Positions 1 to 10,402 of a stretch of DNA of 64,000 bases are shown here, piece by piece; the first letter of the stretch is position 1; each line of letters begins with the position of its first letter. A program made the position numbers and the translations under genes. The notes under the pieces were generated by a model. The model worked only from the letters and a program-made list of their open reading frames with translations. It was not told where the DNA came from and searched no databases. The DNA is from Alphaproteobacteria bacterium (GTDB taxonomy: Bacteria > Pseudomonadota > Alphaproteobacteria > Bin95). The stretch lies in contig OZ219785.1 in the NCBI GenBank assembly GCA_964291285.2, positions 480,001 through 544,000 of the forward strand, written 5' to 3'.

Positions 1-78
1 GCTCGGCAGATACATGTCGATGGAAAGCGGCCCGAACGCCGCCAGCATGGCAAGCACGGGCAGGAAGAAGATGGCCAA
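1..78 (-). CDS. Bcr/CflA-family MFS efflux transporter, N-terminal fragment (runs off window start)
   Basis: Manual translation LAIFFLPVLAMLAAFGPLSIDMYLPS contains the PLSIDMYLP motif of Bcr/CflA TM1; in-frame TAA upstream; start (TTG 78) uncertain. Confidence 0.7.
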   Translation of the reverse strand, partial: MAIFFLPVLAMLAAFGPLSIDMYLPS

Positions 79-219
79 GGCGATCCGGGAGAGCTGCGGA
101 AGACCGGGAAATTAGGCGGTGTGGGCGCGGGGGCAAGCAGCGGCGGCAACATTGGAGGCCGGCCGCTGCAGGCGGTGGGCTGCGGAGATCGGCCGCCCCG
201 CAAGGAGCGGCCGCCGCGC

Positions 220-1596
220 CTACAGTTCGCCGTCGGCTTTCAGCATGTCGAGGGAGCGGGCGAAGGCCGTAACGGTGGCATCGATCTCGGCGTCGCCGTG
301 GGTGGCGGAGATGGTGCCGCCCGGCCAGCCGGTCAGGTCCACGCCGTTCACGTTCATCGCCAGCCTCAGCTTGTGCGCCGCGCCGGGCGCATTGCCCCGG
401 AGCTCCTCATAGCCGCAGGCGAACGGGTCGAAACTGTCCGGCGAGACGTCCGCCCGCCCGGCGGGGTTGGTGAAGATGTGGAACACCGAGAAGGTGCCGT
501 AGGCCGCCCAGGGGACGCCGGCTTCCCGGATGGCGTCGTTCAGGCCCGCGCGCAGCCGCTCGCCCGTCGCGTTGGCGCGCTCGCAGGCGCCTGTCGCCTC
601 CAGCTTGGTCAGCGCCGCAAGGCCCGCGGCCGCGGCCACCGGGTTGGCGTTGTAGGTGCCCTGGTGGCCGACCTTCTCGATGCCCTTCTCGCGGGTGATG
701 TCGAAATCCAGCCGCTCGAAGAAGTCCGCGCGGCCTGCCAGCGCCCCGCCCGGCACGCCGCCCGAGACGATCTTGGCGAACGCGGTCAGGTCCGGGCGGA
801 TGCCGTAATGGCCCTGCGCGCCGCCGGGCGAGACGCGGAAGCCGGTCACCACCTCGTCGAAGATGAGCGCCGTGCCGTTCTCCGCCGTCGCCTCGCGCAG
901 CCCTTCGAGGAAGGCCGGGGAGGTCGGCACCATGCCCGTCGAGGAGCCGGTCGGCTCCAGGATGGCGGCGGCGATGTCGCCCTTGGCCAGCGCCGCCCGC
1001 GCGCCCTCCAGGTCCTCGGGATCGACCAGCACCGTGCTCTCGGCGATGCCGGGCACGAGGCCGATGGCCGAGGAGCCGTCGAAATGCGAGTTCTGGCCGG
1101 ACGCCATATGGTCGTGCCAACCGTGGAAGTGGGTGCGCACCCGCATGATCTTCGTGCGTCCGGTCGCCGTCCGCGCGAGACGGAGCGCGAGCAGCGTCGC
1201 TTCGGTGCCGGACGACGTGAAGCGCACCTTCTCCGCCGAGGGCACAAGGTCCTGGATCTTCTGCGCCCAGCGCAGCTCGCCCGCATGGCTGGCGCCGAAA
1301 TGCGTGCCGCAGGCGAGCGCGTCGGAGATCGCCGCGCCGACATCGGGGTCGTTGTGGCCGAGCAGCAGCGCGCCGTGGCCGCCGAAATAGTCGACATATT
1401 CGTTGCCGTCGACATCCCACTTTCGCGGCCCCTGGGCGCGCTCGACATAGATGCCGTAGGGCTCGATCCGGCGGCTGTCATGGGTGATGCCGGAGGGGAA
1501 GGTGCGGCAGGCCTCTTCGAACAGCTTCGCGCTGGTCGGCGTCTTGTCCCGGTAGGCGGCCAGGATGCCGGAATTGCTGAGCGGGGCTTCGGGCAT
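220..1596 (-). CDS. Class III PLP aminotransferase, glutamate-1-semialdehyde aminomutase-like
   Basis: WDVDGNEYVDY, FTSSGTEA, LIFDEVVTGFR, PDLTAFAKIVSGG (PLP Lys), GTYNANP; start set at MPEAPL, just after the upstream gene's stop. Confidence 0.85.
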   Translation of the reverse strand: MPEAPLSNSGILAAYRDKTPTSAKLFEEACRTFPSGITHDSRRIEPYGIYVERAQGPRKWDVDGNEYVDYFGGHGALLLGHNDPDVGAAISDALACGTHFGASHAGELRWAQKIQDLVPSAEKVRFTSSGTEATLLALRLARTATGRTKIMRVRTHFHGWHDHMASGQNSHFDGSSAIGLVPGIAESTVLVDPEDLEGARAALAKGDIAAAILEPTGSSTGMVPTSPAFLEGLREATAENGTALIFDEVVTGFRVSPGGAQGHYGIRPDLTAFAKIVSGGVPGGALAGRADFFERLDFDITREKGIEKVGHQGTYNANPVAAAAGLAALTKLEATGACERANATGERLRAGLNDAIREAGVPWAAYGTFSVFHIFTNPAGRADVSPDSFDPFACGYEELRGNAPGAAHKLRLAMNVNGVDLTGWPGGTISATHGDAEIDATVTAFARSLDMLKADGEL

Positions 1597-1601
1597 GGAT
1601 G

Positions 1602-2642
1602 TCACACTCCGTCGAGTTTGTAGAAGCGCCGCGCGGTGCCGGCGAACAGGTCGGCTTTCTCGCCGTCCGACGCGCCGGAGGCAAGCTTCTTGAAGGCGTT
1701 CCACATGACAGCATAGCTGCACGACGCCTTGTCCACGGGAAAATTGCTCTCGAACATGCAGCGCGAGGGGCCGAACGCCTCGATGCAGGTCTCGATATAG
1801 GGCCGCCAGACGGCGGCGAGCCTGTCGGAGTCGGGGGCCCGGTCCTGCTTGTGGAAGTCGAACCCGTAAACCTTCATGCCGAGGCCGCCGAGCTTGACAT
1901 ACACGTTCTCGCATTTCGCGATTTCGCGGATGCCGTCGCGCCAGCCGGGAAAAATCTCGTCATGGCGCCCGGCATAGGGGCCGATGCCGAGCGGCCCGCC
2001 GACATGGTCCAGCACGATGCGCGCCTCCGGGAAGGCGCCGGCGAGGCCGACGACGTCCGCGAGCTGCGTGTGGTAGAGCCACGCCTCGAAGGTGAGGTCG
2101 AGCGCGGCCAGCCGGGCGAAGCCCTCGCGGAAGGCCGCGTCGTTGAAGAGGCCCGGCGGCGGGTTGGTGTGGCTGTTGCGCACGTCCGGGCTCGGGTCGT
2201 ATCCGGCGGCGTGGCGGATGCCCCGGAAGCGCCCGTTGCCGGCGGCGATTTCGGCCTGCAGCACGTCTTCGGCCGCCGCGCCCAGGGTGAGGTCCGCGAA
2301 GCCGACAATGCCGGCGCAGGTCTGGGTCTCGCCATAGCGCCCGGATGCGCTCATCGCGGCCGTGCCGTTGACGAACTCGACCTCGCCGACGGGGGCTTCC
2401 GCCTCCGGCCCCGCCGCCCGGTACATCGAGCCGCATTCGACGAACACGGTCGCGCGGACATTGTGGCCGCTGCCGGTGTCTTCCAGCAGCTCATCCAGCA
2501 GGTAGCGGTGGAAGGGGAAGTCCCAGAGATGGTGGTGCGGATCGACGATCGGCAGGTCCGGCTCCAGGATCTCCTCCTCCGTCGTGGCGAGCCAGGCGTC
2601 GTCTATGGCGGTCATCCGCGACTCGACGGAGTTTGCAGTCAT
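1602..2642 (-). CDS. Amidohydrolase family 2 protein
   Basis: IVDPHHHLWD metal motif, RFRGIRH, IVLDHVG, FESNFPVD; ATGA overlap with upstream GST. Confidence 0.85.
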   Translation of the reverse strand: MTANSVESRMTAIDDAWLATTEEEILEPDLPIVDPHHHLWDFPFHRYLLDELLEDTGSGHNVRATVFVECGSMYRAAGPEAEAPVGEVEFVNGTAAMSASGRYGETQTCAGIVGFADLTLGAAAEDVLQAEIAAGNGRFRGIRHAAGYDPSPDVRNSHTNPPPGLFNDAAFREGFARLAALDLTFEAWLYHTQLADVVGLAGAFPEARIVLDHVGGPLGIGPYAGRHDEIFPGWRDGIREIAKCENVYVKLGGLGMKVYGFDFHKQDRAPDSDRLAAVWRPYIETCIEAFGPSRCMFESNFPVDKASCSYAVMWNAFKKLASGASDGEKADLFAGTARRFYKLDGV

Positions 2643-3610
2643 TCCAGTCCGATCTCCTCTCTCACCCCCGGCTCCAGCGCCGCATGGAGCTTGACCAGCC
2701 GATCGTAGCATTTGGCCTGGTAGCGGAAATGCGGCTGACGGAAGCGGTGTCCCGCCAGCATGACATCAACATCGCCCGCCGCATTGGCCTTCAGGAACGG
2801 CCAGTAGATTTCCCGCGCCATTTCCAGCAGCGCGGCGACGGCGGGCCCCGGCTCCTCCCACTCGCCCTCGACGCCGGACAGGTCGTCCGCGCGCCGGACC
2901 CAGGCGTCGGTGCGCGGGGCGCGGGCGCGCATGATGGCCATCGGCGTCGGATCGGTGCCGAGCGTCTTCAGCTGCCCGAACAGCGCGAGGTCGGCGACCG
3001 AGGGGCGCGTGCCGAACAGGAAGCGCTCGTTGGCGACCGTGCTTTCCAGCGCATCGAGAACGCGCAGATAGCTCGCTTCGAGGAGCGGCGCGGCCTCCGG
3101 TGTGGCGCCCACCAGGCTCATGCGCCCCGTCTGGCGCTCCACGAAGGGCGCGACGGCTGCGGCGTATTGCTCCGCGGAGAGGTCCTCCCGCGCGTCGTCC
3201 ATCACCCAGCGCGCCGCGAATTCGCCGTCTTCCGGCGCATTGAAGCGGTAGAAGAACAGGCATTTGGTCAGCCACTCGTCGGCCATGTCCTCGATCAACC
3301 GGGCGAGGAAGCGGTCGCGCGGGCGCTCCGGCAGCAGCGAGCGGCAGGCCCCGTGGCGCCCTTCCAGCTCCTCCAGGATGGGCGTGCTGTCGGTCCGGAG
3401 TTCGCCGTCGGGAAACCGGAGCACCGGCATCAATTGCGGGCGCACATGGGCGAGCGGCTCATACATCCGCACGGAGCGGCAGACCCAGCGGTAGGGCAGC
3501 CGCCGGTAGCGCAGCGCCGCCCGGAGCTTGACCGTATAAGGCGAGGCCTCCACGCCGTAGAGGATGTAGGGGCGCTCCTGCCCGCCCGGCTCGCCGTCGG
3601 CGCGGGTCAA
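2639..3610 (-). CDS. Glutathione S-transferase family protein
   Basis: [18 protein letters not shown] (cis-Pro), [25 protein letters not shown]; TTG start overlaps aapP stop. Confidence 0.8.
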   Translation of the reverse strand: MTRADGEPGGQERPYILYGVEASPYTVKLRAALRYRRLPYRWVCRSVRMYEPLAHVRPQLMPVLRFPDGELRTDSTPILEELEGRHGACRSLLPERPRDRFLARLIEDMADEWLTKCLFFYRFNAPEDGEFAARWVMDDAREDLSAEQYAAAVAPFVERQTGRMSLVGATPEAAPLLEASYLRVLDALESTVANERFLFGTRPSVADLALFGQLKTLGTDPTPMAIMRARAPRTDAWVRRADDLSGVEGEWEEPGPAVAALLEMAREIYWPFLKANAAGDVDVMLAGHRFRQPHFRYQAKCYDRLVKLHAALEPGVREEIGLE

Positions 3611-4395
3611 TGGAGTATCTGGCTGAGGAACAGTTTCGTGCGCTCCGACTGCGGATTGTTGAAGAAGGCCTCCGGCTCGTTCTGCTCCACGATCTGGCCC
3701 TCGTCCATGAAGATGATGCGGTGGGCGACCTGGCGCGCGAAGCCCATCTCGTGCGACACGACCAGCATGGTCATGCCGCTCTCCGCCAGATCGACCATCA
3801 CGTCCAGCACTTCCTTGATCATTTCCGGGTCGAGGGCCGAGGTCGGCTCGTCGAACAGCATGATGCGCGGCTGCATGCACAGCGAGCGCGCGATCGCGAC
3901 GCGCTGCTGCTGGCCGCCGGAGAGCTGACCCGGATATTTCAGCGCCTGGTCGCCGATCTTCACCCGCTCCAGGAAATAGCGCGCACGGTCCTCCGCTTCC
4001 TTCTTCGGCTCGCGCCGGACCCAGATCGGCGCCAGCGTGCAGTTCTCGATGACCGAGAGATGGGGGAAGAGGTTGAAATGCTGGAAGCACATGCCGACCT
4101 CGGACCGGATCCGGTCGATGTTCTTGATGTCGGAAGACAGCTCCGTGCCTTCGACGACGATCCGGCCGGCCTGGTGGTTCTCCAGCGCGTTGATGCAGCG
4201 GATAAGCGTGGACTTGCCGGACCCGGACGGCCCGCAAACGACGATCCGCTCGCCGCGATAGACGGTCAGGTTTATGTCCCGGAGGACGTGGAATTCCCCG
4301 AACCACTTGTTCATGCCGGCGATGTCGATCGCAACCTCGCCGGAGGCCGTCATGGCGCGGCGTTCTTCGTCCCGTTCGGTAGCGGCGGCGGTCAT
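3607..4395 (-). CDS. aapP: Amino acid ABC transporter ATP-binding protein
   Basis: [36 protein letters not shown]; last gene of AapJQMP/BztABCD order. Confidence 0.9.
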   Translation of the reverse strand: MTAAATERDEERRAMTASGEVAIDIAGMNKWFGEFHVLRDINLTVYRGERIVVCGPSGSGKSTLIRCINALENHQAGRIVVEGTELSSDIKNIDRIRSEVGMCFQHFNLFPHLSVIENCTLAPIWVRREPKKEAEDRARYFLERVKIGDQALKYPGQLSGGQQQRVAIARSLCMQPRIMLFDEPTSALDPEMIKEVLDVMVDLAESGMTMLVVSHEMGFARQVAHRIIFMDEGQIVEQNEPEAFFNNPQSERTKLFLSQILH

Positions 4396-4404
4396 GGCGC
4401 CTCC

Positions 4405-5718
4405 CTATCGGTGTCCGACATCGAGGTTGCGTTCCAGATACATGGAATAGCGCGACATGGCGAAACAGAAGATGAAGAAGAACAGCGCGATGAAGCCGTA
4501 GAGTTCCCACACGATGCCGTTCCAGTTCTGGTCGGCGCGGATCGGCTGGAGCAGGCCCACCGGGTCCAGCAGCCCGATGATGATGACCAGGGTCGTGTCC
4601 TTGAACAGGCCGATGAAGGTGTTGACGATTCCCGGAATGGAAATCTTGAGCGCCTGCGGCAGGATTATCAGGCGCATCGACTTCCAGTAGTCCAGCCCGA
4701 GCGAGTCGGCGGCCTCGTACTGCCCTGCCGGCAACCCTGCGAGCCCGCCGCGGATGACCTCCGCCATGTAGGCGGAGGCGAAGGCGGTCACCATGATGAC
4801 CACCCGCAGTATCAGGTCGAACTCCGTGCCGGGCGGCAGGAAGTAGGAGAGCAGCAGCCAGGCGACGAACAGCAGCGTGATGAGCGGCACGCCGCGGATG
4901 AACTCGATGAACCCGACGCAGACCGCCTTGATGAGGATGAGGTTCGACTGCCGCCCGAGCGCGAGCACGATGCCGATGGGCAGCGAGCCGGCAATGCCGG
5001 AGACGCCGATGATGGTGGACAGCAGGAATCCGCCGAGCCTGGCGGACTCCACCGGCTCGAGGCCGATTGCCAGCACGGCGCCCAGCGCGTCCTCGAAGGC
5101 AATGACGCCGAACAGCCACCAGAGCGCCGTCGCGAGAATTCCCGCGCCGACCGCCGCCAGGAAGGCGATCCCCTCATCCAGCCTTCCCCGCGCAAGCGGC
5201 GGCAGGAAGCGGATGCAGGCCCAGCCGATGGCGATACCGACGACGGCGCCCACCGGTCCCCAGAGCGAGCCGCCCCAGATAAGCCAGTAAGCGAGAAGCG
5301 GGTAGAGCGCGCTGAAGATGAGCAGCTTGCGCGGGGCGGAGCTGAAGAGCGCGGGCCAGATTGCGACGAACAGCAGCACGAACGCCAGGATCGGCCGCCA
5401 GCGCAGTTCCTCCGGATAGAACCCGAACACGAACTGCAGGAAGCGTTCGTTGATGACGGCGAGACAGGCGCCGTCGTCCACTTCGCGGCACCCCTGCAGA
5501 GAGGAGGCGTTCCAGACCGAGTCGAGGAACAGCCAGGGCACGACCATGGCGAGGATATAGGCGACGAACGCGAGCGACAGCAGGGTCGCGACGGTGTTGA
5601 AGACGCCGGAGAACAGGTTGTCCCGCGCCCAGCCGAGCGCGCCGCCCGTCCTGACCGGCGGCGGCGACGCCGGGATCTGCCGCTCGGCGACGAATGCGAC
5701 GGGTTTTTCGCCGGCCAC
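4405..5718 (-). CDS. aapM: Amino acid ABC transporter permease
   Basis: FIEFIRGVPLI, AYMAEVIRGGL, GQYEAADSLGL, ILPQAL, FKDTTLV. Confidence 0.88.
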   Translation of the reverse strand: MAGEKPVAFVAERQIPASPPPVRTGGALGWARDNLFSGVFNTVATLLSLAFVAYILAMVVPWLFLDSVWNASSLQGCREVDDGACLAVINERFLQFVFGFYPEELRWRPILAFVLLFVAIWPALFSSAPRKLLIFSALYPLLAYWLIWGGSLWGPVGAVVGIAIGWACIRFLPPLARGRLDEGIAFLAAVGAGILATALWWLFGVIAFEDALGAVLAIGLEPVESARLGGFLLSTIIGVSGIAGSLPIGIVLALGRQSNLILIKAVCVGFIEFIRGVPLITLLFVAWLLLSYFLPPGTEFDLILRVVIMVTAFASAYMAEVIRGGLAGLPAGQYEAADSLGLDYWKSMRLIILPQALKISIPGIVNTFIGLFKDTTLVIIIGLLDPVGLLQPIRADQNWNGIVWELYGFIALFFFIFCFAMSRYSMYLERNLDVGHR

Positions 5719-5719
5719 C

Positions 5720-6934
5720 TCAGCGCTCCTTCAGCCTGACGCTTCTGTTGTAGGCGTTCATGCCTGCGGAGATCGTCAGCGAGGCCGCCAGGTAGAACGC
5801 CATCAGGAGCAGGATGCACTCCATCTCGCGGCCGGTCTGGTTCAGCGTGATGCCGCCGAGCGTGCCGGTGGCGTCCATGTATCCCACGGCAATGGCGAGC
5901 GAGGAGTTCTTGGTGAGATTGAGGAACTGGCTGATGAGCGGCGGCACGATGACGCGAAGCGCCTGGGGCAGCACGACGAGGCTCATGGTGCGCCCGGGCC
6001 GGAGGCCGAGCGCATAGGCGGCTTCCGTCTGGCCCCTGCTGATGGCGAGGATGCCGGCGCGCACGATCTCGGCGATGAAGGCGCCGGTATAGACCGAGAG
6101 CGCCAACCACAGGCCGATCAGGCTGTCGCGCATGTAGATTCCGCCCTTGAAGTTGAAGCCCTTCAAGGCCGGAACTTCCAGCGAGACCGGGGACCCCATG
6201 GCGAAGAACGCAAGCAGGGCCGGAACGATGAGAATTGCGAGCCGCGCCCAGAATACCGGCAATATCCGGCCGGTCGTTGCCTGCCGGGCCCTGGCCCAGC
6301 GGCCGAAATACCAGGCTGCGGCAATCGACAGCAGCAGCACGACCCCGACCGCGGTCGAACCCGCTTCGAAGACGGGCGCCGGGATGTAGAAGCCCCTGTT
6401 GGTGATGAAGACGCTGTCGAAGAAGAGGCCGCTCATCGCATCTTCGCCCCGGAACGACCTCACGCCCGGCAGGACTTCGTTGACGATGGCGACCGTGAAC
6501 AGGATCCAGATAAGGACCGGAATGTTGCGGACCGTCTCGATATAGACCGTCATCAGCCGCGCAACGACCCAGTTCCGGGAAAGCCGCAGCACGCCTGCGA
6601 GGACGCCGATGATCGTGGCCGTGATGCAGCCCATGATCGCGACGAGGATCGTGTTGATAATGCCGACCAAGGCGGCGCGCCCGTGTGTGGACGTCGAATC
6701 GTAATCCAGCAGGTGCTGGTTGATGTCGTAGGCGGAGGTCTCGAAGATGAACCCGAAATCGATGTCCTTGCCGAGCGCCTCCAGGTTTCGGACCGCGTTG
6801 TCTATCGCCCAGGCGAACGCCAGCATGATGACGAACAGGGCAAAGATCTGAATCGTGTAGGAGCGGTATCGGGTGTCGTAGAGAAGCTGGCTGACGCGAA
6901 ACGGTTCCGCGTGTGGCTGCCCTGTCGTGGACAT
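5720..6934 (-). CDS. aapQ: Amino acid ABC transporter permease
   Basis: YIETVRNIP, AFIAEIVRAGI, GQTEAAYALGL, LNLTKNSSLA. Confidence 0.88.
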   Translation of the reverse strand: MSTTGQPHAEPFRVSQLLYDTRYRSYTIQIFALFVIMLAFAWAIDNAVRNLEALGKDIDFGFIFETSAYDINQHLLDYDSTSTHGRAALVGIINTILVAIMGCITATIIGVLAGVLRLSRNWVVARLMTVYIETVRNIPVLIWILFTVAIVNEVLPGVRSFRGEDAMSGLFFDSVFITNRGFYIPAPVFEAGSTAVGVVLLLSIAAAWYFGRWARARQATTGRILPVFWARLAILIVPALLAFFAMGSPVSLEVPALKGFNFKGGIYMRDSLIGLWLALSVYTGAFIAEIVRAGILAISRGQTEAAYALGLRPGRTMSLVVLPQALRVIVPPLISQFLNLTKNSSLAIAVGYMDATGTLGGITLNQTGREMECILLLMAFYLAASLTISAGMNAYNRSVRLKER

Positions 6935-7003
6935 GGCGTCACAGCTCCCCGTCAAAACGGGCCGACGGCTTCGCCGCGCGACGGCCTCCGGCCCGGACAA
7001 AGA

Positions 7004-7031
7004 GAGGGCGCTTCCCTCGGGAAGCGCCCTC
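7004..7031. terminator. Intercistronic stem-loop after aapJ (mRNA stabiliser or partial terminator)
   Basis: Perfect inverted repeat GAGGGCGCTTCCC / GGGAAGCGCCCTC just downstream of the aapJ stop. Confidence 0.6.
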
Positions 7032-7044
7032 GATCACACAGTGC

Positions 7045-8064
7045 TTACCGGAACGGCGGGGCGTAGAGGATGCCGCCCTTGGTCCAGAGCTGGTTCAGGC
7101 CTCGGGCGAGGCCGATGGCGGTGTTCTCGCCGATATGCTTCTCGAAGATCTCGCCGTAGTTGCCGCCGGTCTTGATGGCGTGGACGGCCCAGTCGGCAGA
7201 GAGGCCCAGCATCTCGCCGTAATTGCCCTCGACGCCCAGCAGGCGCTTGATCTCCGGGTCCTTGGTGTCGGCGGACGCCATGCTGTCCACGTTCGCCGCC
7301 GTGATGCCCTTCTCCTCGGCGATGATGAGCGCGTTCAGCACCCAGCGCACGATGTCGCCCCAGGCATTGTCGCCGTGGCGGACCAGCGGTCCGAGCGGCT
7401 CCTTGGAGATGATTTCCGGCAGGATGACGTGGTTTTCGGGATCCTCGAAGGTGGCGCGGGTCGCGGCCAGGCCGGAAGCGTCCGTGGTGTAAACGTCGCA
7501 GGCGTTCGCCAGATATTTCTGCTGCGCCTCGGCGTTGGTCTCGATCGGCACCGGCTCGTAGTTCATGTTGTTGGCGCGGAAGAAGTCGGCCAGGTTGAGC
7601 TCGGTGGTGGTGCCGGTCTGGATGCACACGGTCGCGCCGTCGAGCTCGGAGGCCGACGAAACGCCCATGTCCTTGCGGATCATGAAGCCCTGGCCGTCAT
7701 AGTAGTTGACGCCCAGGAAGGAGAATTTCAGGTCCACGTCCCGGCTCAGCGTCCAGGTCGTGTTCCGGTAGAGCAGGTCGATTTCACCGGAGGCAAGCGC
7801 CGTGAAGCGCGTCTTGCCGGTCGTCGGCGTGAACTTGATCGCATTCGGGTCGCCGAACACGGCCGCCGCCGTCGCGCGGCAGAAGACAACGTCGAAGCCG
7901 TCCCAATTGCCGCCGGAGTCCGTGAACGCGAAACCGGCGAGGCCGGTCGAAACGCCGCACTGGATGAAGCCCTTGGCTTTCACGTCATCCAGCGTCGCTC
8001 CGTGGGCCCCGACGGAGAACGCCGCGGCCGCAGCGGCGGCAACCAATGTGGTTTTGAGTCTCAT
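7045..8064 (-). CDS. aapJ: Amino acid ABC transporter substrate-binding protein
   Basis: Signal peptide, CGVSTGLAGF, RFTALASGEID, ISKEPLGP, GNYGEIFE, C-terminal YAPPFR. Confidence 0.92.
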   Translation of the reverse strand: MRLKTTLVAAAAAAAFSVGAHGATLDDVKAKGFIQCGVSTGLAGFAFTDSGGNWDGFDVVFCRATAAAVFGDPNAIKFTPTTGKTRFTALASGEIDLLYRNTTWTLSRDVDLKFSFLGVNYYDGQGFMIRKDMGVSSASELDGATVCIQTGTTTELNLADFFRANNMNYEPVPIETNAEAQQKYLANACDVYTTDASGLAATRATFEDPENHVILPEIISKEPLGPLVRHGDNAWGDIVRWVLNALIIAEEKGITAANVDSMASADTKDPEIKRLLGVEGNYGEMLGLSADWAVHAIKTGGNYGEIFEKHIGENTAIGLARGLNQLWTKGGILYAPPFR

Positions 8065-8260
8065 GGGCTTTCGCTCTCCCGTTCGAGTGCTTCGCACAGC
8101 CGCGCGGAGTCCTGCTGCGTCCCCGCTCGTCAAGGCCGCCCCTGAACTGCCGACGCGGAATGCGCCCGCATGTTACCGACCGGCGCGCGCGTCGGCAACC
8201 GGATGTCCCCGCCCGGACAGGAGTTTCCGGAGAGTTTCCCTGTGACAGCGCGATCAAATT

Positions 8261-9058
8261 TCAGAGAGCGGCGAATTCCCGGAAGGCCTGCGCGCCCTCC
8301 GCGGCATGGCTGAGCGCAATGCCGTGACGGGCGCCGGGGAAGACCTGGAGCCGCGCATCGGGCAGCACCGTGAGCAGGTCCGCGGCTACGGTCATCGGCA
8401 GGAACGGGCTCGAATCGGGATGCAGCAGCAGCACCGGACAGGCGATTCGCCGGAATGTGTCGGACAGCTCCGCCCCCATCAGCAGGTCTGCGGCATCGAG
8501 CAGCGAGGCGGCGGCCGTCCGGCTCTGGACCTCGTGCATCCACTGCCGTTCGGCGGCCCCCACCTTGCCGTCTGCAAACCGGCGCGGAACCATCTCCTCC
8601 GACCAGCGCTCCATGCCGGCGGCCTCTACCGCCGCCCGCCAGGCGGCCACGTTTTGAATTGCAGGCCCGTAATGCCCGGTGGAGCAAGCGCAGACGCTCG
8701 CGATCCGCTCCGGTTCCCGGGCCGCGGTGAACAGGCAGGCAGTGCCGCCGAGCGACTCGCCGACGAGGTGGAAACGCCCGAAGCCCGCCGCGTCCGCGAC
8801 CGCCATGATGTCGTCCGCGAGCCCGTCGAAGGACCAGCGGTGCTCCGGCCCCGGCAGGGTCGAGCGGCCGAAGCCGCAAAGATCGAAGCGGGCGACGCGG
8901 AACCGGTCGATCAGGCCGGGCAGCCAGCCGGACCAGATGTGGCAATCGACCGCAACGCCGTGGCAGAACAGCACCGCTTCGCCGGGCGCGTTCCATGGCG
9001 GCACGAGGTCCACCGTTTCCATGTGGAGCGCGTAGCCGGGTCGCTGGAGCATGGTCAT
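8261..9058 (-). CDS. Alpha/beta-fold hydrolase
   Basis: FCHG oxyanion motif, DLCGFGRS, GESLGG nucleophile elbow, C-terminal GARH. Confidence 0.85.
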   Translation of the reverse strand: MTMLQRPGYALHMETVDLVPPWNAPGEAVLFCHGVAVDCHIWSGWLPGLIDRFRVARFDLCGFGRSTLPGPEHRWSFDGLADDIMAVADAAGFGRFHLVGESLGGTACLFTAAREPERIASVCACSTGHYGPAIQNVAAWRAAVEAAGMERWSEEMVPRRFADGKVGAAERQWMHEVQSRTAAASLLDAADLLMGAELSDTFRRIACPVLLLHPDSSPFLPMTVAADLLTVLPDARLQVFPGARHGIALSHAAEGAQAFREFAAL

Positions 9059-9064
9059 GGGCGC

Positions 9065-9102
9065 GCATGAAACGCACTTGCCCCCGGCTTGTCAAAACCG
9101 GC
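9065..9102 (+). repeat. 38-bp direct repeat, copy 1 (left of AAA+ ATPase gene)
   Basis: GCATGAAACGCACTTGCCCCCGGCTTGTCAAAACCGGC; 37/38 identical to 10350-10387. Confidence 0.9.
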
Positions 9103-9191
9103 CGCCATCGCCGCGCGGCCGCCCTGCTCAAGAGCAGGCAATCGCTTCATTTAACCTTGCATTTCTGGAATTGCACTCCATAATTGCAAGG

Positions 9192-10355
9192 ATGTTGCCG
9201 CGCCAGAAATCGCAAGTCGTTCGCGCCCGGCTGGACCGGTTCCCGGCTGTGGCGCTGCTCGGTCCGCGCCAGGCGGGCAAAACCACGCTGGCCGAACTTA
9301 TCGCCGAAGAGCGACCGAGCGTCTATCTCGATCTTGAGGACGCGGCCGACCGGGCGAAGCTGGGCGACGCCGCGCTTTACCTTGCCGGGCACGAAGACAA
9401 GCTGGTCGTCCTGGACGAAGTGCAGCGGGCGCCGGAACTGTTCCAGACGCTCCGGGGCCTCATCGACAGGGGCCGCCGCCGCGGCGTCCGGGCGGGCCGC
9501 TTCCTGCTTCTGGGTCCGGCGTCCATCGACCTGCTCAAACAGTCGGGAGAATCCCTTGCCGGCCGCATCTCCTATGTCGAACTGGGGCCGCTCGACCTTC
9601 TCGAAGTCGATGCCGGTGCGCGCGACAGGCTCTGGGTGCGGGGCGGGTTCCCGGACAGTTTCCTCGCCGGCAGCGGGAAAGACAGCGCCGTCTGGCGGGA
9701 GAATTTCATCCGCACCTACCTGGAGCGCGACATTCCGCAACTCGGGCCGCGCGTGCCGGCGGAAACCCTGCGCCGTTTCTGGACCATGCTGGCGCATATG
9801 CAGGGCGCCACGCTCAACGCGGCCCAGCTTGCGCGCGGGCTGGCAGTCGACGGCAAGACGGTCGCCGGCTATCTCGACCTGCTGGTCGACCTCCTGCTCG
9901 TGAGGCGGCTGCCGCCCTTCCGCGCCAATGTCGGCAAGCGCCTGGTGAAATCGCCGAAGGTCTATGTGCGCGACAGCGGCATCGTCCACACGCTGCTCGG
10001 CCTCGACGACCGCGAAGCGGTGCTGGGTCATCCGGTCGTCGGCGGAAGCTGGGAAGGGTTCGTGCTGGAAAACCTGCTCGGCGCGGTGCCCGAAAGGGCG
10101 AAAGCATGGTTCTACCGGACGGCTGCCGGTGCCGAAATCGACCTGGTGCTGGAGATGCCGGGCGGAAGGCTGTGGGCGGTGGAAATCAAGCGCAGCCTCG
10201 CGCCGAAGCTCGACAGGGGATTCCACCACGCGCGGGAAGACCTCGAACCGGAGCGCTCGTTCATCGTCTATTCCGGCGATGACCGTTACCCGAAGAGCGA
10301 AGGGATCGAGGTAATCGGCTTGCGTGAGCTGCTGGGGATGCTGGCGGCGGCATGA
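9192..10355 (+). CDS. AAA+ ATPase (AAA_14) with C-terminal DUF4143 / PD-(D/E)xK-like domain
   Basis: Walker A GPRQAGKTT, Walker B LDEVQ, ESLAGR, RGGFP, KSPKVYVRDSG, EIDLV...VEIK. Confidence 0.88.
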   Translation: MLPRQKSQVVRARLDRFPAVALLGPRQAGKTTLAELIAEERPSVYLDLEDAADRAKLGDAALYLAGHEDKLVVLDEVQRAPELFQTLRGLIDRGRRRGVRAGRFLLLGPASIDLLKQSGESLAGRISYVELGPLDLLEVDAGARDRLWVRGGFPDSFLAGSGKDSAVWRENFIRTYLERDIPQLGPRVPAETLRRFWTMLAHMQGATLNAAQLARGLAVDGKTVAGYLDLLVDLLLVRRLPPFRANVGKRLVKSPKVYVRDSGIVHTLLGLDDREAVLGHPVVGGSWEGFVLENLLGAVPERAKAWFYRTAAGAEIDLVLEMPGGRLWAVEIKRSLAPKLDRGFHHAREDLEPERSFIVYSGDDRYPKSEGIEVIGLRELLGMLAAA

Positions 10356-10387
10356 AACGCGCTTGCCCCCGGCTTGTCAAAACCGGC
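10350..10387 (+). repeat. 38-bp direct repeat, copy 2 (contains ATPase stop codon)
   Basis: GCATGAAACGCGCTTGCCCCCGGCTTGTCAAAACCGGC. Confidence 0.9.
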
Positions 10388-10402
10388 TACGATGGCCCCG
10401 TC

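Noticed and set aside
220-1596. Calling this gene hemL
   Set aside because: Family motifs match, but alphaproteobacteria typically use the Shemin (ALA synthase) route and HemL-like paralogs are common; function left open.
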